Source: a virus (Duplodnaviria > Caudoviricetes). From it: 39,010 nt of DNA. Where the stretch lies: positions 1 to 39,010 of IMG/VR virus record IMGVR_UViG_3300033076_000331. The stretch is one strand, 5' to 3'. The position numbers were made by a program, and so were the translations under genes. Positions 34,333-39,010 of this stretch are shown here, one piece after another. How positions within the stretch are numbered: position 1 is the stretch's first letter; the number at the start of each line of letters is the position of its first letter. The notes under the pieces are model-generated. The model made no database searches and was not told the DNA's origin. It saw only the letters and a list, made by a program, of their open reading frames with translations.

Positions 34333-36383
34333 TGGCAAGTAAATTTGGTGGAATTGCTGTTAGTGAACCTACGTCAAAAACATCTAAATTTGGCGGGGTA
34401 GCTGTTTCTGAAGCACCCACAGAAACCACGACGCCGCCTGATCAACCGTATCAAAGGAAATCCTTAACTGAAACAATTATGAATTTGCCTGTTAGAGCAG
34501 CGCAATGGATGTATGAGCATCCTAAAGAAACTGCTGCTACAGGTATTGAAGCTGCTTCGCAAATAGTTGGCGGTGCAGGTGGCGGAGTACTTGGCGCATT
34601 AACAGCGCCTGTGACAGGGCCATTTGGAGCCGTTGGCGGGGCTATTTCAGGCGGTGTTGCTGGCGGTACGGCAGGCCGTCAATTAACCGAAGCGCTTGGA
34701 TTGCGTGAAGAACAACCTATATTAACTTCAGCAGGTGAAGCATTAGTTGGTGAAGTAGTACCACGCGCTGTTTTTGGCGGTGTGCCAATGGTATGGCGAG
34801 GGTTAACTTCACTTACACCTGCTGCTCGTGCAACACAAAGAGCAGCACAATTATCACGAAGCGCGGCGGGCGCGCAACTACCTGCTATTCAAGCTGCTAA
34901 TCTTGCACAACCTAATGTATTAGCCAGTCAAGCTGCTGCGGATGTAACTACATACGCGCCTGAATATCAATCAATGCTAAAAATGGCAGAAACAACAGCG
35001 CAAGGTGCACCAGCTAAACAAGTTAGAGATGTTGTTACTACCGCAAATAGAAATGAATTAAATACGTTATCTGGTGGCGCTAGTGAGACTGAACGTATTG
35101 CTGCGCGTAAAAAGGCAAAAGATGATCTTAATGAATTAACTACGCCAATCCGTGAAAGCGCATTAGAAGCTGCGGGCAGAACTACTAAAGTAATGACTCA
35201 GTTGGAGCAACAAGCTGCTGGAGCTAGAGAAGCTGCCGCAGGAAAAGTTGCTGATGTACGTAAGTTTGAATCTTTAGCAGATCAAGCTGAAGCATGGGCT
35301 AAAGATTGGGCTCCTGGCGGTAAGCGTGAAGCTGGCGCGTTAAGAGGGCCAACTGGGTATACATACCCTGGTGAATTGGCTGGACGCGCAAGAACGGCAT
35401 CAGAAGCCTCAGCGTTAGAATCTTTAGGCCAAGGGCAATTTGCACGCGTGTCTGAAGCCGCGCTTGCAAATTTGAAAGCAAGAGGGTTAAAACCGCTTAG
35501 ACCAGATACTTTGATATCAGGAATAGATGCTAGATTAAAAGACCCAGAAATAGCTACTAATAAAAGTTTGAGCGATTCACTTAAGTATGTGAAAGACATG
35601 CTTAATGAATTTACTTCTAAAGGTGGCGTTATCGCACCAGAAGCATTATATGCTATTCGTAAAAACGGTATAAACAGCGCAATAGAAACCGCTGCAAAAG
35701 ATTTAGACCCTAATGCTAAGAAAGCTCTAGCGGCTCAAGTCATGACAAGTCTAAAACCATCTATTGATGCAGCTATCAAAGATGCTGGCGGGTTGGAATG
35801 GCAAAAGTATTTAGATACTTTTTCACAAGGCAGATTTAACATTGATAAACAAGAGCTATATGGAAAATTAGCTTCTTTATATGAGAAAGCAACTGGTGAA
35901 AAAGCATCTGATGCGGCCAAGCAACAATTTATTAGCTTAGTGAATGGAAATAGTCCTAAAACTGTTAATAAAGTATTTGGGCATGGCGTTTATGATATTA
36001 AACAAGTACTTGGCGATGAGTATGGAAAACTCAGCCAAATGGCAAATAATCTTCAATCTGAAATAAGTATTGCTGCACAAGCTAAAGAAGGTGCTAGTGC
36101 ATTAACTAGCCTTATGACTCCAGATAGCGGCGTTACTAATTTATTGACTAAATTGGTGCAAACAAAAGTACCTTTAACAGGAAAAATAATTGAAGGTTTG
36201 GAAGGTAGCGTAAGCAAAAGTACGTTAAAAGTATTGCAGAAAGCGGCGTTATCTGGCAAAAACATGAACCAGCTTCTTAACACCGCGCCGCTTAACGTGA
36301 AAAATGAACTTGCAAAAGCGCTTCAAAGTAATCCACTTATCGGCGGCATTACAACCGCAACCCTTAATCAAGGACAACAATAA
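34332..36383 (+). CDS. Putative DNA ejection protein (gp16 position)
   Basis: Gly-rich hydrophobic segment (GGAGGGVLGAL..GAVGGAISGGVAGG) followed by a long helical region; third in the cluster. Confidence 0.65.
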   Translation: MASKFGGIAVSEPTSKTSKFGGVAVSEAPTETTTPPDQPYQRKSLTETIMNLPVRAAQWMYEHPKETAATGIEAASQIVGGAGGGVLGALTAPVTGPFGAVGGAISGGVAGGTAGRQLTEALGLREEQPILTSAGEALVGEVVPRAVFGGVPMVWRGLTSLTPAARATQRAAQLSRSAAGAQLPAIQAANLAQPNVLASQAAADVTTYAPEYQSMLKMAETTAQGAPAKQVRDVVTTANRNELNTLSGGASETERIAARKKAKDDLNELTTPIRESALEAAGRTTKVMTQLEQQAAGAREAAAGKVADVRKFESLADQAEAWAKDWAPGGKREAGALRGPTGYTYPGELAGRARTASEASALESLGQGQFARVSEAALANLKARGLKPLRPDTLISGIDARLKDPEIATNKSLSDSLKYVKDMLNEFTSKGGVIAPEALYAIRKNGINSAIETAAKDLDPNAKKALAAQVMTSLKPSIDAAIKDAGGLEWQKYLDTFSQGRFNIDKQELYGKLASLYEKATGEKASDAAKQQFISLVNGNSPKTVNKVFGHGVYDIKQVLGDEYGKLSQMANNLQSEISIAAQAKEGASALTSLMTPDSGVTNLLTKLVQTKVPLTGKIIEGLEGSVSKSTLKVLQKAALSGKNMNQLLNTAPLNVKNELAKALQSNPLIGGITTATLNQGQQ

Positions 36384-36607
36384 TGGACATCGACCCAGTT
36401 AAGTACGGAGTCATGTGGGAACGCGTACAGAACAATGACCGGCGTTTTGACGATCTAACTAAGAAAATCGACAAAATGGAATCTGACATTGAGCAGCTTC
36501 TAGCCCTTGCCAATCAGGCCAAGGGCGGTATGCACGTTGGCAAATTTATCAGCGGCGCGATTGGCGGCGCTGTGGCCTTCTTCGTGGACTGGCTGTTCCG
36601 CAAATGA
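36383..36607 (+). CDS. Putative holin (coiled coil plus C-terminal TM helix)
   Basis: 74 aa; FISGAIGGAVAFFVDWLF; ATGA overlap with the endolysin. Confidence 0.6.
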   Translation: MDIDPVKYGVMWERVQNNDRRFDDLTKKIDKMESDIEQLLALANQAKGGMHVGKFISGAIGGAVAFFVDWLFRK

Positions 36608-37044
36608 TCCGTCTGACCCCAAACTTCACGCTGGAAGAACTGACAGCATCGGAAACGGCTGTCCGTAAAGGCTGGGATAACACCCCTAACGAAAAAGAAA
36701 CGGCGAATCTACAGCGTTTGGCACAGTTCTTGGAACGTGTCAAGGTTGTCCTAAAAGGCAAGCCGATCATTGTCAACAGCGCCTACCGTTGCAAAAAAGT
36801 TAATGACAGTGTAGGCTCTAAGGACTCCAGCCAGCATCGGCTGGGGTGTGCAGCAGACATTCGAGTTCCTGGCATGACACCAGATCAAGTGGTCAGAGCC
36901 ATAGTGGACTCGAAGCTGGACTACGATCAGGTTATCCGCGAATTCGATGCTTGGACGCACGTTAGTGTACCAAACGTCGTTGGGGCAGCCCCGCGTAAGC
37001 AGGCGCTGATTATAGATAAGGCTGGAGCACGGCCTTTTAAGTAG
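36604..37044 (+). CDS. Endolysin, peptidase M15A family
   Basis: LTPNFTLEE, VNSAYRC..VN..VG...SQH..G.AAD, WTHVS Zn-ligand motifs. Confidence 0.9.
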   Translation: MIRLTPNFTLEELTASETAVRKGWDNTPNEKETANLQRLAQFLERVKVVLKGKPIIVNSAYRCKKVNDSVGSKDSSQHRLGCAADIRVPGMTPDQVVRAIVDSKLDYDQVIREFDAWTHVSVPNVVGAAPRKQALIIDKAGARPFK

Positions 37045-37049
37045 GAGTA

Positions 37050-37217
37050 ATGATGAATATTGAAGTCATTCTTGGTCTTCTGCGTCATGTTTTGACACTT
37101 GTTGGCGGCTATTATGTAGCTCAGGGCAAACTTGACCCTGCAAACGCCAGCACGATCGTTGGCGCTGTGACGTCTCTTGTTGGTGCAGGCTGGTCTGTTA
37201 AGCACAAGATCGGCTAA
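37050..37217 (+). CDS. Small two-helix membrane protein, holin-like (55 aa, MMNIEVILGLLRHVLTLVGGYYVAQG...GAGWSVKHKIG)
   Basis: Not in the ORF track; AGGAG RBS; two hydrophobic segments and a basic tail; directly after the endolysin. Confidence 0.72.
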   Translation: MMNIEVILGLLRHVLTLVGGYYVAQGKLDPANASTIVGAVTSLVGAGWSVKHKIG

Positions 37218-37223
37218 CGCGCC

Positions 37224-37544
37224 ATGAAGCGCATCCCGTCCAGCTTTCAGCTTGGCAGCTACACGATCAATGTCTTGTTGCTGGACGAGGATGCGTTTAT
37301 CCGTCAGACAGGCACTGATGCCGCTTATGGCCTATTTAATCCTAACAATCTCACCATCTATCTTTGTCGATGGCCGCCAAGGAATAAAGGCGCAAAGCAA
37401 ATCATATTTCAGACATTCTGGCATGAGTATACTCACGCATTGCTATGGGTGGCTATGCCAAAATACTATACAAACGAAAAATTAGTCGATAGTATTGGAC
37501 ACCATTTAGCTCAACTACACACTACGGCAAAATATGACAATTAG
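37224..37544 (+). CDS. Small HEXXH zincin-like metallopeptidase
   Basis: YGLF...TIYL...QTFWHEYTHALL...NEKLVD (HEXXH plus a downstream Glu). Confidence 0.72.
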   Translation: MKRIPSSFQLGSYTINVLLLDEDAFIRQTGTDAAYGLFNPNNLTIYLCRWPPRNKGAKQIIFQTFWHEYTHALLWVAMPKYYTNEKLVDSIGHHLAQLHTTAKYDN

Positions 37545-38484
37545 TAAAGTATCGGATTTAGACTTTATAGAGACTTGGAAAAAACTAAAATCACCTACCG
37601 CAGTCGCCAATGCACTGGGCATCAATGTCAGAAACGTGCATAACAGGCGAGCTAAACTTGCAGCGGCAGGGCATGATCTAAAGACATTTGACTTACACGA
37701 CCGCAAGACCGCATTTTCCGCCGATACCGCAGCAGCCACACATTTTGAAAAACGACGCAGCATTGAAGTAAAAAACGGACATGTCGTTATATTTAGTGAC
37801 CCTCATTTTTATCCTGACCACAATGCTGTGGCTCAGGATGCGCTTATAAAGATTATCAAAGACCTAAAGCCAAAGGCCGTGCTGTGCGGCGGCGATGCGC
37901 TAGACGGCACGCAGATTGGCAGACACGACCCCACACGCGGATGGCATCAGCCTGTATCATTGGCTGAACAACTTGCTTGCGTGTGCGAGTCAATGACAGC
38001 CATTAAGCACGCATCTAAAGGTGCGATCACCTATATGACACTCGGCAACCACGATGCGCGTCTGTCACGTTATCTTGCGATGAACGCACCGGCATCAGAA
38101 GGGTTGCCTGGCACTAAGCTAGAAGACTATATCCCTAGCTGGCCGCTGTCATGGTCGCTGGAGATCAATCAGAACACGATCGTGCGCCATAGACATCTAG
38201 GCGGTATGTTGCACATGCAAGCGCAGAAGGCAGGTTGTCATTACGTTCATGGGCATCTGCACAAACTGGGCTGCATGGCGATGCCACAGTACCATGACTT
38301 TAAGTTCAGCGTTGACTGCGGATCATTGTCTGATCCAGCGTCAGATGCGTTCGACTATACGGAAGATGGCGTGCCGCATGTGCAAGGCTTTGCCGTCCTG
38401 ACCTATAAAGACGGCAAGCTGTTATGGCCTGAGTTCTGCTATGTTATGGGGAATCAGGCTTATTTTCGCGGTTCTTCCGTTTAG
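37534..38484 (+). CDS. Calcineurin-like metallophosphoesterase with N-terminal HTH
   Basis: SDPH, GGDALD, GNHD, RHRH, HGHLH; N-terminal SPTAVANALGINVRNVHNR HTH. Confidence 0.88.
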   Translation: MTISKVSDLDFIETWKKLKSPTAVANALGINVRNVHNRRAKLAAAGHDLKTFDLHDRKTAFSADTAAATHFEKRRSIEVKNGHVVIFSDPHFYPDHNAVAQDALIKIIKDLKPKAVLCGGDALDGTQIGRHDPTRGWHQPVSLAEQLACVCESMTAIKHASKGAITYMTLGNHDARLSRYLAMNAPASEGLPGTKLEDYIPSWPLSWSLEINQNTIVRHRHLGGMLHMQAQKAGCHYVHGHLHKLGCMAMPQYHDFKFSVDCGSLSDPASDAFDYTEDGVPHVQGFAVLTYKDGKLLWPEFCYVMGNQAYFRGSSV

Positions 38485-38596
38485 GGTGACAATCCGCGCA
38501 CCTAAAGCGCGGATAGGTCGTACCGCCTCGCACTGGCTTTTGTTTGCCACATGACGTACACAGACGCTGTATAATGTTGTAGCCAAATTTAGTCAT
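38444..38596 (-). CDS. Small zinc-ribbon protein (50 aa, MTKFGYNIIQRLCTSCGKQKPVRGGTTYPRFRCADCHPKRKNRENKPDSP)
   Basis: Not in the ORF track; two CxxC pairs; GAAGG RBS; follows the helicase stop. Confidence 0.6.
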   Translation of the reverse strand: MTKFGYNIIQRLCTSCGKQKPVRGGTTYPRFRCADCHPKRKNRENKPDSP

Positions 38597-38617
38597 ACGA
38601 TTTTAGCCTTCGTTAAT

Positions 38618-39010
38618 TTACTTTAGTTCTTCCATTGCAATTTCAGATAGCGCTTGCTTGTCATGCAGCGCCGCCCAGATACGTTCGTCAATCGTCTTAT
38701 TAGTCAACAGCACATAGCACCATACATCGTGCTTCTGCCCGCTACGGTGCACGCGGCCTATCGTTTGCTCATATAGCTCAAGAGACCAAGGCAAAGAGAT
38801 AAACACCATGCGAGAACCACCATGTTGTAGGTTAAGCCCGTGCCCTGCGGATTTAGGATGAATAAGTAATAGCTCGACGTTACCGCTATTCCAGCGATCG
38901 ACTGCATCGTTATTGTCCAGCGTAATAGCTTTCGGATAACGCCTTTGAAGCTCAGCCAGTTCCTCTTTATAGTTATATACCAGTATAGTGGGAGCATGTT
39001 GGTTTTCCTC
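38618..39010 (-). CDS. SNF2-family helicase, 3' portion (joins 1-1130)
   Basis: HPKSAGHGLNLQHGGSRMVFISLPWSLELYEQTIGRVHRSGQ (motifs V and VI). Confidence 0.93.
   Translation of the reverse strand, partial: EENQHAPTILVYNYKEELAELQRRYPKAITLDNNDAVDRWNSGNVELLLIHPKSAGHGLNLQHGGSRMVFISLPWSLELYEQTIGRVHRSGQKHDVWCYVLLTNKTIDERIWAALHDKQALSEIAMEELK
38817..39010. repeat. Terminal direct repeat, copy 2 (matches 1-194)
   Basis: Offset 38816; identical apart from 25 substitutions. Confidence 0.95.

Noticed and set aside
1-39010. Alternative genetic code (stop codon reassignment)
   Set aside because: Core genes are full length under the standard code, coding density is high, and there is no suppressor tRNA.

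Overview
This window is an essentially complete dsDNA tailed-phage genome of about 38.8 kb. Positions 1-194 recur at 38817-39010, so the unit length is about 38,816 bp and the SNF2 helicase gene spans the join. The virion module is P22-like (podovirus): terS, terL, portal, scaffold, coat, gp4- and gp10-like tail proteins, and three ejection proteins. The replication module has VRR-NUC, SNF2 helicase, DUF2800 Cas4-like nuclease, a putative SSB, a family A DNA polymerase (Leu762 type) and a primase-helicase. Other content: two DNA methyltransferases, a DUF5664 dNTP diphosphohydrolase, a leftward cluster of about 12 small genes, a repeat-rich non-coding region (candidate origin and pac site), tRNA-Thr(TGT), about 7.6 kb of mostly fibre/adhesin-like genes between portal and scaffold, an M15 endolysin with two holin-like genes, and a HEXXH peptidase plus HTH-metallophosphoesterase pair. 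I saw no integrase, repressor, reverse transcriptase or CRISPR array. Family assignments come from motif recognition and gene order, not database searches. The host cannot be determined from the sequence; a Gram-negative bacterium is likely.
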